Source: Pseudomonadota bacterium (lineage in GTDB: Bacteria > Campylobacterota > Campylobacteria > Campylobacterales > Sulfurimonadaceae). From it: DNA of 64,000 nucleotides. The stretch is taken from positions 160,001 to 224,000 of the forward strand of contig JAZDQA010000013.1 of the NCBI GenBank assembly GCA_043797085.1, written 5' to 3'. Under the pieces are notes generated by a model. The model saw nothing but the letters and a program-made list of their open reading frames with translations, was not told where the DNA came from and did not search any database. A program made the position numbers and the translations under genes. This document shows, in pieces, positions 17,425-27,698 of this stretch. The first letter of the stretch is position 1. Every line of letters begins with the position of its first letter.

Positions 17425-18923
17425 TTTTTCTCCCACTTTATATAATCTTCCCAAATGCCGTTAATCGTCGGTTTCACTCCGTGGATACGACGATTATACA
17501 CATTAATCGTATTGGGAACCACCAAAAACAAATAGGGATTATCCTTCACTATCGAGGCAAAAATATCCCGTTGCAAAGAAGCTGTTCTTTCAGGTTCTGT
17601 CGAATTTTCCATCTTTTCAATTAATCGATTTGTCCGTGTACTGTGGTAGCCAATCATGTTAAATCCACCCGGAACATCCCCATCACTGTGCCAAATCATA
17701 TAGGGATCGGGAGCAAGTGACAGTCCCCAACCCAAAAGTACGGTTTCAAACTTTTTGGGCATCACAACCGTATTTAAAAAAGCCTGCCACTCCATCACCT
17801 TGAGCGTCACTTTTACCCCGACTTTTAAGAGTTGTCTCTGTAGTATCTCCGCCGCATAAGGACGAATGGGATTGGAGTTGGAGGTAGCAATCTCAAACTC
17901 AAATGGGTGAGCTGCATCATATCCCGCAGATTTTAAAAGTGCCAAAGCTCGAGCAATATCTTGCTTTGGAGCTTTGATACGTTCATTAAACCCTTTGCTT
18001 CCGGGTAAAAAAGGACCGGTGCAGACTGACCCGTGATTGAGAAATAAAATGTCCACAAACTCTTGGCGATTAATCGCGATTGATAATGCTTCACGAACTC
18101 TTGGGTCTTGAAATTTTTTCAATCTTAGATTAAAGCCCAAATACGTATAGCTGTGAGAGGGAAGTTCCAGGTGTTTGAATTTTTGATGAAAATTTTTATC
18201 CAACTGACGTTCATACTGCATCGGTTCAAGAGTATCCACATCAATTTCACCATTTTTAAGCATCAAAAATCGAGTCATCGAGTCTGCAATAACATGAAAA
18301 ACAATGGTATCTATATTTGGTTTATGTTCGAAATATGACGGATTAGCAGCAAGCTCTATTTGTTTGGAAAACTCTAACTTTTTGAGGATATACGGACCGG
18401 TACCGATGGGATGGGTGTTAAACGATGAGCCCATAATGTCTTTTTCATATTCCAAAATATGTTTCGGAACAATCCCCATCATCCAAATTTCCAGTGCTTT
18501 AAAATAAGGTTTAGTATAGATAACACGAACCGTATAAGGATCAATCGCAATTACCTCTTTGACCACTCGAAAATCGGTTGCATAAGGACTCATCACCTTA
18601 TCTGAAGTGATGAGCTTGTAGGTAAAAACAACATCACCGGCACTAAAAGGTTTTCCATCATGCCATTTAACCCCGCGTCGAAGTTTGAACTCGATAACGG
18701 TTGGAGAAATACGCGTATAAGATTGCGCTAAATCTCCGATAACGTTTTGCCCGCTTGCGTCGTATTTTACCAACGCATTAAAAATAAAATTGGCTATTTC
18801 TCCGCTTGCCGAATCGGTTGCAATAAGAGGATTAAGACGAGCTGGATTGGAAGATGTGCTTAGATGAAGGGTAGAGGCGATTAACGAGATAGTGAACACC
18901 CATACAAAGAATATCTGTTTCAA
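17421..18923 (-). CDS. Peptide/nickel ABC transporter substrate-binding protein (family 5)
   Basis: LNPL..D, FKLRRGVKWHDG.PF.A.DV.FT, PIGTGPY, D.RVREAL; signal peptide. Confidence 0.9.
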   Translation of the reverse strand: MKQIFFVWVFTISLIASTLHLSTSSNPARLNPLIATDSASGEIANFIFNALVKYDASGQNVIGDLAQSYTRISPTVIEFKLRRGVKWHDGKPFSAGDVVFTYKLITSDKVMSPYATDFRVVKEVIAIDPYTVRVIYTKPYFKALEIWMMGIVPKHILEYEKDIMGSSFNTHPIGTGPYILKKLEFSKQIELAANPSYFEHKPNIDTIVFHVIADSMTRFLMLKNGEIDVDTLEPMQYERQLDKNFHQKFKHLELPSHSYTYLGFNLRLKKFQDPRVREALSIAINRQEFVDILFLNHGSVCTGPFLPGSKGFNERIKAPKQDIARALALLKSAGYDAAHPFEFEIATSNSNPIRPYAAEILQRQLLKVGVKVTLKVMEWQAFLNTVVMPKKFETVLLGWGLSLAPDPYMIWHSDGDVPGGFNMIGYHSTRTNRLIEKMENSTEPERTASLQRDIFASIVKDNPYLFLVVPNTINVYNRRIHGVKPTINGIWEDYIKWEKK

Positions 18924-18955
18924 TCTCGCCCCGTTTTTTAGGGGAGATTATAGCA

Positions 18956-19702
18956 TTATTTACTTTCTACTACCCGACCGTTCAACGGCTGAACAGGACG
19001 ATAATTGTGATCGTAAAATTTACGCAGTGCAGCAATCTGCTCTTTTGAAACACTTTGAACTTCTTTCATAACGTACCATTTTACGTTTTCACTGCACGGA
19101 GGAGTCGTCAATGAGCCCATAAAATGGAAATAGTTGTTCGTATTTTTCGGAAGCAGCTCTGCCGGATTTATTTCTGTCAATTTTCCAACCGAATCGAGCA
19201 CTTTTTGAACGACCTTATTGGGTGTTTTACCCTCTTCAAACAATACTGCGACAACTAAGAGACTCCCGAAGGCACTTTTATGAACCATATGGGCAACCGA
19301 ATCGTACTGCTTGCCATCAATTTGTTCTTCACTTTTTCCATGAAAATGAAATTGTGCCAAGGTATAATCGACACCGTCTACGTTGATCATCCCTCCCTTG
19401 TTCACATTTACTTGAATCGCATGCCCATTATCTAAAACATTTACCTTGGATTTTACACTTTTGTTCAAATGCAAAGTATTGGCAGTGTTAAATGATGACG
19501 TTTGTTTCGAGAGAATATTAATCGGCGATTGTGCTTTTCCAAGTTGACATGATTCACCAAACTCACCCCACTGATCTGGTCCATGCTCATCGTAGTTCCA
19601 ATGGACTTCATGTTTTGCAGTTGAAGCATGATGTTCTTGCGCGTGTCCTAAAGTCCCAACTAAAAATACTGCAACATTTAATGTTAAAAGAATTTTATTC
19701 AT
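18956..19702 (-). CDS. Periplasmic alpha-carbonic anhydrase
   Basis: QSPINI, NGH, QFHFH, HMVH, GSLTTPPCSE, NYRPVQPLNGR; signal peptide. Confidence 0.95.
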   Translation of the reverse strand: MNKILLTLNVAVFLVGTLGHAQEHHASTAKHEVHWNYDEHGPDQWGEFGESCQLGKAQSPINILSKQTSSFNTANTLHLNKSVKSKVNVLDNGHAIQVNVNKGGMINVDGVDYTLAQFHFHGKSEEQIDGKQYDSVAHMVHKSAFGSLLVVAVLFEEGKTPNKVVQKVLDSVGKLTEINPAELLPKNTNNYFHFMGSLTTPPCSENVKWYVMKEVQSVSKEQIAALRKFYDHNYRPVQPLNGRVVESK

Positions 19703-19719
19703 CGATTGCCTTTTTTTGG

Positions 19720-20421
19720 TTATTGTACGTCAACTACCTTGATATTTTTCTTTATCACCTCATCCACACCTTTGGCAATCAAAAGTACAAGCAGCCATGC
19801 GACAATCATTGTAATCACCGTATGACTCAAAAAATGATCCCCAATGAGCATCTTATAGCTTCCCATGCTCCCGCCGATGACGATTGCAGCACCACCAGCT
19901 GCGATTTTATTTCTTCGGTCTTGAAATAGAAAAATCAACGATAAGAGGGCAAACCCTCCGCTTGCATGACCGGCTGGCCAACATTTTTGTTTTTCTAGAT
20001 GACAATCTTTAGTTGCGTATTTTTCCCAAACGCAAGTATGTGGATAGGTTCCGTTAAAAATATCCAAACTTTTTGGACATGGCATATTCGAAACTGCTTT
20101 TAAAGAACCGACAACGAGAGGAACTGCGATAGAAGAAAGCACCACAATGATTAATCCGCGTCGATATGCCTTCATCCATTGTTTTTTCCATCCCAGAATC
20201 AAAACAAATAGAAAAAGAACCGCGATGACGATTAATAGACGTTTGATTCCGTCGTAAAAAATAAACTTGAGAACAGTATTGTTGGTATCAAGTATCCATT
20301 GATGGGTAATAGGATCATAAAAATGACTTTGCACCCAAATATCCGTAGGGCTTAAACCAAAAAAGAGGACTGCCACGACTAAAACGGTGGCAGTAATGAA
20401 AATATTTTTAGTGGACTCCAT
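19720..20421 (-). CDS. PAP2-family membrane phosphatase
   Basis: K.....CP, CWPAGHASGG, GDHFLSH. Confidence 0.85.
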   Translation of the reverse strand: MESTKNIFITATVLVVAVLFFGLSPTDIWVQSHFYDPITHQWILDTNNTVLKFIFYDGIKRLLIVIAVLFLFVLILGWKKQWMKAYRRGLIIVVLSSIAVPLVVGSLKAVSNMPCPKSLDIFNGTYPHTCVWEKYATKDCHLEKQKCWPAGHASGGFALLSLIFLFQDRRNKIAAGGAAIVIGGSMGSYKMLIGDHFLSHTVITMIVAWLLVLLIAKGVDEVIKKNIKVVDVQ

Positions 20422-22006
20422 GCAAGATGTCCAGCTCGCTTTGATATACAGAAGTCTTCACTTCACTCATCCCCAACAAAGTATGAAAGATAAAATCGTG
20501 AGTATACGCTTGTGAAGCATTTTGTTTTAGTTTTTCTTTATTTACCTGAAATTTTTCTCCAAACCACATGACCGCAGGGACATGCTTTTGTGCTTCCGGT
20601 GCAATGGCATAAGGAAAACCATGCAAATAAAGCCCTTTTTCTCCCAATGATTCTCCATGGTCACTTACATAAAACATCGCTGTTGCAAAGGTAGAATCGT
20701 TCTTTTGGAGCACATCGATTACCTTGGTTAAAAAATAATCGGTATATAAAAGAACATTATCGTACGCATTGGTGATCTCAGCTTGCGTGCATTGCTCTAA
20801 TTGATTGCTTTTGCAAACGGGAGTAAATTTCTCATACGCTTTTGGATAACGTTTATAATACGCCGGACCGTGATTTCCCATTTGATGCAGTACGATAACA
20901 ATATCCCCTTTCGGATGTGCATCGATGTACTCTTGCAAGCCAATGAGCATCCCCTCATCACGACACTCTCCATCCTCGCACATCGTATTTTTATCGGGTG
21001 ATTTAAAATCTTCATACGCTACACGAAGCGCGACCCCTTTGGAATCGGAGTTGTTATCCCTCCACAAAATATTCGCGCCAGAACGCTTCAAAATATCCAA
21101 AACATTTTCGGTATGCTTGGCTTTTTCTCCCTCGTACGATTCCCTGCCAAAAGAGGAAAACATACACGGTACCGATATAGCTGTTTCAGTACCGCAGGAA
21201 GTAAACTGGGTAAAATTGACAATATCTTCTTTTTTAAGCAACGGATTGGTTTCACGTCCATAACCATTAAGAGCAAAATGATCCCAGCGCACTGCTTCAC
21301 CAACGACTAAAATCATCAATTTACGATTTTCACTCGTCGGAACCGCTTTTGCATCTGCTCCTATAATCTGCAATCCGGTGTAGGGATGAGACAATGACTT
21401 TTGGATATAAGAACCCACGGAATAAAGATAATATCCCGGATTGGCGTAATAACGCAACGGCTTATGCTCTCTAAAAAATGAGGTGTAATTTTTACTAAAC
21501 GAGAATAAAAGTATCACAACAATACCCAAAGATATTCCAATCACTTTTCCCTTTTCGATCATTGTCATCTTAAAACTCATAGGTACAATTTTAAGTCGAT
21601 ACACGATAAAAGAGGGAATTACCCCTATCAAAAGTACATACAAAACAAGGGTGAGACTAAACAAATCAGCCGATTCGTTTAAATTTGTCTCCAATGTATT
21701 TTGGATCATATGCGTATCAATCACCGCATTATACGTATCCATAAAGTACGCTACAAAAGACGAAAGAATTAGAATTAGAATAAGGAGAGGCTTAATCGTA
21801 TGACGAAAACTAAATAAGGATAAAAGAATGGTCGTAACACTCATCAAAACCAATGCCAACGAAGCAATAAAAGCAACGGTGTCCCAAGAAAGAGGATAAA
21901 CCTCAATAACATGTTTGAAAAATGCCCCGTTTGCTACAAGCGTTAAAAAAAGAGCCACTCCAATAATAAGAAAACGTGATTTCACGCCAAAGGATTTAGT
22001 AAACAA
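20408..22006 (-). CDS. eptA: Phosphoethanolamine transferase (EptA/EptC family)
   Basis: 5 TM N-terminus, LVVGE, SCGTETAISVPCMFS, HQMGNHGPAYYKRYP, SDHGESLGEKGLYLHG. Confidence 0.93.
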   Translation of the reverse strand: MFTKSFGVKSRFLIIGVALFLTLVANGAFFKHVIEVYPLSWDTVAFIASLALVLMSVTTILLSLFSFRHTIKPLLILILILSSFVAYFMDTYNAVIDTHMIQNTLETNLNESADLFSLTLVLYVLLIGVIPSFIVYRLKIVPMSFKMTMIEKGKVIGISLGIVVILLFSFSKNYTSFFREHKPLRYYANPGYYLYSVGSYIQKSLSHPYTGLQIIGADAKAVPTSENRKLMILVVGEAVRWDHFALNGYGRETNPLLKKEDIVNFTQFTSCGTETAISVPCMFSSFGRESYEGEKAKHTENVLDILKRSGANILWRDNNSDSKGVALRVAYEDFKSPDKNTMCEDGECRDEGMLIGLQEYIDAHPKGDIVIVLHQMGNHGPAYYKRYPKAYEKFTPVCKSNQLEQCTQAEITNAYDNVLLYTDYFLTKVIDVLQKNDSTFATAMFYVSDHGESLGEKGLYLHGFPYAIAPEAQKHVPAVMWFGEKFQVNKEKLKQNASQAYTHDFIFHTLLGMSEVKTSVYQSELDILHGVH

Positions 22007-22076
22007 AAAACAACCTTATCTAAAATAAAAAAGTGTCGAATAATAATCTATTTTCGATTAACATTGCGTAAACCTT

Positions 22077-22094
22077 GGTTATTAGCTAATAACC
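22077..22094. promoter_or_regulatory. Perfect 18-bp palindrome, candidate operator
   Basis: GGTTATTAGCTAATAACC, 3 nt upstream of TATAAT (22098-22103). Confidence 0.55.
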
Positions 22095-22128
22095 CCTTAT
22101 AATACTACATTCCATTCATGAGGGCTTT

Positions 22129-24039
22129 ATGCGCATATTCAAAGAACTTTTTAAAATCTATTTCCTTTTTATCACTCTTTTCGTTTTGGGACGACTTGGG
22201 CTTTATATTCTATACGCTGATCGCTTGCATGATATTACATTTGCTGAATCTCTTTTGTCTTTTTTATACGGGCTCAAACTCGATACGATGACCACTTCGA
22301 TCATTCTCATCATCCCTGCTCTCATCCTCTCACTGACTCCCCAGTATTTTTCTCGACTTGCTGCACGTTTTCTTAATGGCTATGTCTTAGTATTTTTACT
22401 CCTAGCGGTATACATCGAAAACGCGACCTTCCCTTTTGTCGCACAATACGATGTTCGCCCTAACTATCTCTTCGTCGAGTATTTAAAATATCCCCAAGAA
22501 GTCTTATCGATGATTCTCAAAGAGTATCCGATGCAGCTTGTAGTGGCTTTTATTATGCTGATGTTTACGGCATGGCTTTTCGTACGCTTTTCACCCCTAA
22601 AATTTGAAGAGACACTCTCAACACCTCTATGGAAACGTTTTTTACTTCTTTTACCTATTGCTGCCTTACTCTTTATCGGCATCCGCTCCTCTTTAGGTCA
22701 TCGTCCCGCCAACGTCTCCGACGCGCTGTACAGTACTAACCGTATGGCAAATGAGATTGCCAAAAACTCTCTTTACAGTATCGGTGATGCTTATTACAGT
22801 TATTCAAAAGAGTCCGACAAGCTTGTAAACAGCTATGGAAAGATTGATTTAGCCGAAGCCTACCAACGTGTTTCTGTGCGTCTCAATATACCACAAGAAA
22901 GTAATTTCCCCTTTAATCGTCCTGAGCCAACCCATTTTTCTTCATCAAAACCTAAAAATTTGGTAATCTTTATCCAAGAGTCCTTGGGTAGTCAATTTGT
23001 CGGATTTAGCGGAGGCGACGTGAGCATCACCCCCAATCTTGAAAAGCTCTCTCACGAAGGATTGGCATTTACCAATCTCTTCAGCAACGGAACCCGCTCG
23101 ATTCGAGGACTTTCTGCTATGAGCTCAGGATGGCTTCCATTAGCAGGAGAGGAAGTTGTAAAACGAAATAAATCTCAAAGTGATTTTTTCACTGTCGCCT
23201 CATTGTTAAAACCGCTTGGGTATAAATCAAGCTTTATTTATGGTGGCGAAGGGCGCTTTGACAACATGCGCAGTTGGTATATGGGAAATGGTTTTGATGA
23301 AGTGATCGAACAAAAAGATTACAAAAATCCGAGCTTTGTCAGTACATGGGGAGTCAGTGATGAAGATTTAGTAATCAAAGCCCATGAAAAGTTCAAAGCT
23401 CATGACCTTAAAGGAGAGAAATTTGTCAGTGTCATGTTCTCCTCCTCCAACCATTCACCCTTTGAGCTTCCCGATGGAAAAATCGAATTTATGAAGGACA
23501 AACCGCGTCAAGGGGTAGAAAATGCAGTGAAATATGCCGACTTTGCAATCGGACGCTTGTTTGAACTAGCCAAAAAAGAAGCCTATTATAAAAATACCGT
23601 CTTTGTAGTCGTTGCCGATCATAACGTCCGTGTCTACGGAGACGATCTCGTACCGGTCAATATGTTCCATATCCCCGCACTCATCATTGCCGATGGATTA
23701 AAGCCTCAAAAATTTGATCGCCTTAGCACGCAACCTGATGTTCTTGCTACTGCACTTGATCTCATTGGTGTAAACTTTAGCTATCCCGTCTTAGGACACT
23801 CTATTTACAGCGATAACAAGCAAGAGATGGCGCTGATGATGTTTAACGATACGTTTGCCCTTCGTGTCCATGACAAAGTAGCCATCATTCAGCCCAACAA
23901 AGAACCGCTTACATTTACCTATGAACATGAGCATTTAAAATCTGCTTCACACGATAAGGAACTTGAAAAAGATGCGCTGGCGTTTGTAAAAGTGATGGAT
24001 GATATGTATAATAAGAAATTGTATCAGATGAAGAAATAA
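22129..24039 (+). CDS. LTA synthase/OpgB-like sulfatase-fold membrane phosphotransferase
   Basis: 5 TM N-terminus, IFIQES, GTRSIRGL, WGVSDED, SSSNHSPF, VADH. Confidence 0.9.
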   Translation: MRIFKELFKIYFLFITLFVLGRLGLYILYADRLHDITFAESLLSFLYGLKLDTMTTSIILIIPALILSLTPQYFSRLAARFLNGYVLVFLLLAVYIENATFPFVAQYDVRPNYLFVEYLKYPQEVLSMILKEYPMQLVVAFIMLMFTAWLFVRFSPLKFEETLSTPLWKRFLLLLPIAALLFIGIRSSLGHRPANVSDALYSTNRMANEIAKNSLYSIGDAYYSYSKESDKLVNSYGKIDLAEAYQRVSVRLNIPQESNFPFNRPEPTHFSSSKPKNLVIFIQESLGSQFVGFSGGDVSITPNLEKLSHEGLAFTNLFSNGTRSIRGLSAMSSGWLPLAGEEVVKRNKSQSDFFTVASLLKPLGYKSSFIYGGEGRFDNMRSWYMGNGFDEVIEQKDYKNPSFVSTWGVSDEDLVIKAHEKFKAHDLKGEKFVSVMFSSSNHSPFELPDGKIEFMKDKPRQGVENAVKYADFAIGRLFELAKKEAYYKNTVFVVVADHNVRVYGDDLVPVNMFHIPALIIADGLKPQKFDRLSTQPDVLATALDLIGVNFSYPVLGHSIYSDNKQEMALMMFNDTFALRVHDKVAIIQPNKEPLTFTYEHEHLKSASHDKELEKDALAFVKVMDDMYNKKLYQMKK

Positions 24040-24042
24040 GAA

Positions 24043-24075
24043 GAAAGGAAAGTTTCTTCCCAAGAAAGGGAAGAA
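24043..24075 (-). terminator. Terminator of rplM-rpsI, possibly bidirectional
   Basis: TTCTTCCC-AAGAAA-GGGAAGAA (24054-24075) followed on the minus strand by a pyrimidine tract. Confidence 0.7.
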
Positions 24076-24082
24076 GTAACGA

Positions 24083-24472
24083 TTAACGTTTTGAGAATTG
24101 AGGTGAACGACGTGCTTTACGAAGACCTGGTTTCTTACGTTCAACGATACGTGAGTCACGAGTAAGCATACCGTAAGGTTTCAATACAACACGAAATGCT
24201 GGATCAAATGTACAAAGTGCTTTCGAGATACCGTGACGAAGTGCGTCTGATTGACCTGAAAATCCGCCGCCCATTGTGGTTGCGTTAATATCTACAGATG
24301 TGTCTTGTTTAGTAAGAGAAAGAGGTTGCGTTACACGCAATTTTTTCGCTTCAAGACCACCAAGCCATGCGTCAAGTGAAAGACCGTTAACGGTAATTTT
24401 ACCGCTACCTGGAGTCAACCATACTTTAGCGATCGATGTTTTTCTTTTGCCAGTTGCATATGTTTTTGCCAT
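24083..24472 (-). CDS. rpsI: 30S ribosomal protein S9
   Basis: [24 protein letters not shown]. Confidence 0.99.
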   Translation of the reverse strand: MAKTYATGKRKTSIAKVWLTPGSGKITVNGLSLDAWLGGLEAKKLRVTQPLSLTKQDTSVDINATTMGGGFSGQSDALRHGISKALCTFDPAFRVVLKPYGMLTRDSRIVERKKPGLRKARRSPQFSKR

Positions 24473-24481
24473 GGTTTATCC

Positions 24482-24904
24482 TTACTTAGCGATCTGTGCA
24501 GAGTGAGGGTGCTCAGCATCTGCATAGACTTTTAGTTTTTTCAACATCGCGCGACCCAATTTTGTTTTAGGAAGCATTCCGCGAGCTGCAAGTTTGAAGA
24601 GTTTTTCTGGGTTTGTTGCCAAAAGCTCTGTCATTTTTACACTTTTAACGCTACCGAAGTAACCGCTGTGCGTGTGGTATTCTTTATTAGCCAATTTACC
24701 GCCACCGTTAATTACGATTTTAGATGCGTTAACGATAACAACGAAGTCACCACAGTCAATGTTTGGAGTAAAATAAGGTTTATCTTTTCCACGAAGACGA
24801 GCAGCAACATCAGTCATTAAACGACCAAATGTTTTCCCCTCAGCGTCGATCAAAACCCATTTACGGTCGATTTGCTCAGGTGTTGCAATTTTAGTAAATT
24901 TCAT
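24482..24904 (-). CDS. rplM: 50S ribosomal protein L13
   Basis: WVLIDA, KPYFTPNIDCGDFV, GMLPKTKLG, HPHSAQ. Confidence 0.99.
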   Translation of the reverse strand: MKFTKIATPEQIDRKWVLIDAEGKTFGRLMTDVAARLRGKDKPYFTPNIDCGDFVVIVNASKIVINGGGKLANKEYHTHSGYFGSVKSVKMTELLATNPEKLFKLAARGMLPKTKLGRAMLKKLKVYADAEHPHSAQIAK

Positions 24905-24995
24905 CGTGAGCCTCCTTTTTAAGTCTTTTAGTGGCGAAATTGTACCCTTTTAAACTTATAATATACTTAAATTAAGTTTTCTATAAGCACTATTT

Positions 24996-27698
24996 TTATC
25001 CTACTTTTTGCCATTCACACGTTGTATTACGTACATAACAGACATACCCTCTCACGTCTCCTCCTAAAAACAAACCAACTGCATCCATGTAGTTCTTCAC
25101 TTGCGCTGTATATTCATCACTTTTTTCTTCACCGCTTTTATAGTCTATAACTACCCAATACCCCTCATCATGTTCTATGAGCAGATCAATGATTCGCTTT
25201 TGACCCTGAGAATAAAAAGCTTGCTCTTTGTAACTTTCCCCACGCGTTAAAAAACAAAACTGCTCATCAGAAATTAATGCTGTCAACGTTTGACGCAATT
25301 GTTCTATTTTAGCCTCACCGATACTCATCCCATACCGTTTTCGCGTCGATTCAAGGGCATTTTTGAGTGATTCAATCTGAAAAGTCCCCATCATCTCCAA
25401 CGCATAATGGAGTGCAAGACCATAGTTAATCGCATCATAATCCACAATAGCATTTTTTTCTGGCTTCGCTACATCACTTTGTTTTCCATATCCTATACTC
25501 TTGATCTCAACGTGTTTTAGCGGCTGTACTTGCAAAAGAGGAGTTGTTTCAAACAGATACTCTCCCCATTGTCCCTCAGTAAGTCCCAACGGTTCAAACC
25601 AAGAACTTTTGGGCTTTGCGATGATGGTGAGCGACTGTACCGCCCTTGTTAATGCGACATAGAGGGCGTTGAGCTGATCGCTTTTTTCAAGCTGTTTCTC
25701 TTTTTCTAAACCATTTTTATAAACGGCATCCAATTCCTCTCGACCCTTGCTTCGAATAAACATCCGCTCAAGATGGATTCCGTCATACTCATATAGGATA
25801 AAATCGCTCCGACTTTTTATCTGTCCCAATCTGTCCAAGACGATAACATGTTCAAATTCTAATCCCTTAGATTTATGGACTGTCATAATCCGTATCCCGT
25901 GCAAATCACTCTGCAGCGAAGATGCCTCAAGCCGATCTATCTCGAAAATAACCGCCTCAATATCTGGATACGAACTCAATTTTTCAACAAACAATATCGC
26001 GCTCTTATCTCCAATACCGTGTTTGAGAATAAATTCAACGCACTGTGTTTGTACATCAATAATTGACTGGCGTTGTATATTTTCGTCCCCAAGCAATGCG
26101 GCACAGTTTTGGCGATAAATCTCATTTCCAAAATAGCAATAGCGAAAATATTCAATGATTGCCCGCACGCTTCGTTGATGTATAAGCCGAGAAGTCGCTT
26201 CACTGACAACCGGTATTCCCTGTTCATCGAGAATCTCTTGTACTCGTGCAGCATCTGAATTTGTACCGCACAAAATGGCAATATCATCGTCATTTACACC
26301 AGAGTGTCGCAACGCTTCGATTTGTTTAATCAGCACTGTTAGTGGTTCTTCATCAACATACACCTCAACCAATCCACCGTTTTTCGTAGCAGGAGAAGAT
26401 TGGGAGATATACCGCTGCATTGTCTCACCAAATACACGATTGACAAACTCTACCACTTGCGAACGTGAGCGATAGTTCACCTCCAAGGCGCGCACCTGAA
26501 CGTCAAAATGTTCGGCAACCTGATAAAAAAGGGCACTTACCCCTCCTCTGAAACGGTATATCGATTGTTTGACATCACCGACAAAAAAGAAACTTCCCCC
26601 CTCATTGACCCCAACACCTGCGGCAATCTCTTCAATCAGCGGTCGTAAAATATCAAACTGAATCACGCTCGTATCTTGGAACTCATCTAAAAGTAGATGT
26701 TTCATCGCTGCATCAAGTCTGAAATAGAGAAATTCACTCTCCAGTTTTCCCCTCAACAAATCGTGCACCATCAGCGTAATATCATCAAACGTCAGCTCAT
26801 TATTTTGGATAATTAATGCATGACGGCTTTTAATATAAATCTTTAGTATACGATTTAAAGCACTCAAAAGCTGGGCTTCTTTGTGTCGCATTTGAGCCAA
26901 TACTGCTTCTTGAAGGGCATGTAATAATTCATCCATTTTAGGCTCATAGATTTTTTTAAAGTCCCAATACTCCAAACTCGGCTTAAAAACCCACGATTTT
27001 TTCAAAAGATCTTCATAATCTTCAATAAGCATCGTTTTGCGTGAGCGATCACTCAACGGTTTGCTAAGCATCAGCTGAGACAACTCTCTTGCATACATCA
27101 TTGCATGGGCTATAGGATCAAAAGTCAATGAAGGCTGAGAAATATCTAAGCTCTCAAGCTCTTTGTGTTTTGCGTAAAGGGTTGAAAGAAGAGTAAACAC
27201 GTCTTCAAGTCGTTTGGAACTTAATTGTGAGAGATTTGTAAGCGTTTCTAGCTCTCCTGCAATCTCAACCTCATGCAAAAAACGCTTTAAAAACTTCACC
27301 TCATGATGCGCATTGGACGCTGAAAACGTCGGCATAATCCCTGCATTAAGGGCAAATTTTCGTAAAATGCTCCCAAAAAAAGTATCAATCGTCGAGATTT
27401 TCATGTCCGAGCGAAGCAGTTTCCACAAAACTTTATCTCGCAGACTTAAAATTTCATCTTCGCTTAAACCGCTTACTTTGGCTATCTCAGCAAGTTCACC
27501 TCGTTTTTCCAATGCATGCAATGTCTCTACAACGCGGGTTCGCATCTCGTTGGCAGCTTTGTTTGTAAACGTCAATGCGGTAATGGTTTCAACCTCTTCA
27601 CCCATAAAAAGCAAACTCAAATATCGGACGACGAGATTAAACGTTTTTCCGCTTCCTGCACTCGCTTCATACGCCAAGAAAGGTTCAAAATGACTCAT
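24996..27698 (-). CDS. addA: AddA/RecB-like helicase-nuclease
   Basis: ASAGSGKT, TFTNKAANE, DEFQDT, VGDVKQSIYRFRG, HKSKGLE, YVALTRA, C-terminal IDLL..IDYKS. Confidence 0.93.
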   Translation of the reverse strand: MSHFEPFLAYEASAGSGKTFNLVVRYLSLLFMGEEVETITALTFTNKAANEMRTRVVETLHALEKRGELAEIAKVSGLSEDEILSLRDKVLWKLLRSDMKISTIDTFFGSILRKFALNAGIMPTFSASNAHHEVKFLKRFLHEVEIAGELETLTNLSQLSSKRLEDVFTLLSTLYAKHKELESLDISQPSLTFDPIAHAMMYARELSQLMLSKPLSDRSRKTMLIEDYEDLLKKSWVFKPSLEYWDFKKIYEPKMDELLHALQEAVLAQMRHKEAQLLSALNRILKIYIKSRHALIIQNNELTFDDITLMVHDLLRGKLESEFLYFRLDAAMKHLLLDEFQDTSVIQFDILRPLIEEIAAGVGVNEGGSFFFVGDVKQSIYRFRGGVSALFYQVAEHFDVQVRALEVNYRSRSQVVEFVNRVFGETMQRYISQSSPATKNGGLVEVYVDEEPLTVLIKQIEALRHSGVNDDDIAILCGTNSDAARVQEILDEQGIPVVSEATSRLIHQRSVRAIIEYFRYCYFGNEIYRQNCAALLGDENIQRQSIIDVQTQCVEFILKHGIGDKSAILFVEKLSSYPDIEAVIFEIDRLEASSLQSDLHGIRIMTVHKSKGLEFEHVIVLDRLGQIKSRSDFILYEYDGIHLERMFIRSKGREELDAVYKNGLEKEKQLEKSDQLNALYVALTRAVQSLTIIAKPKSSWFEPLGLTEGQWGEYLFETTPLLQVQPLKHVEIKSIGYGKQSDVAKPEKNAIVDYDAINYGLALHYALEMMGTFQIESLKNALESTRKRYGMSIGEAKIEQLRQTLTALISDEQFCFLTRGESYKEQAFYSQGQKRIIDLLIEHDEGYWVVIDYKSGEEKSDEYTAQVKNYMDAVGLFLGGDVRGYVCYVRNTTCEWQKVG

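Noticed and set aside
16774..18923. Orphan ABC binding protein and Gph-like phosphatase as the missing AI-2 receptor or P-DPD by-product enzyme
   Set aside because: The binding protein is family 5 (peptide/nickel), not LsrB-like, and both genes are separated from lsrK by the por operon; there is no supporting evidence.
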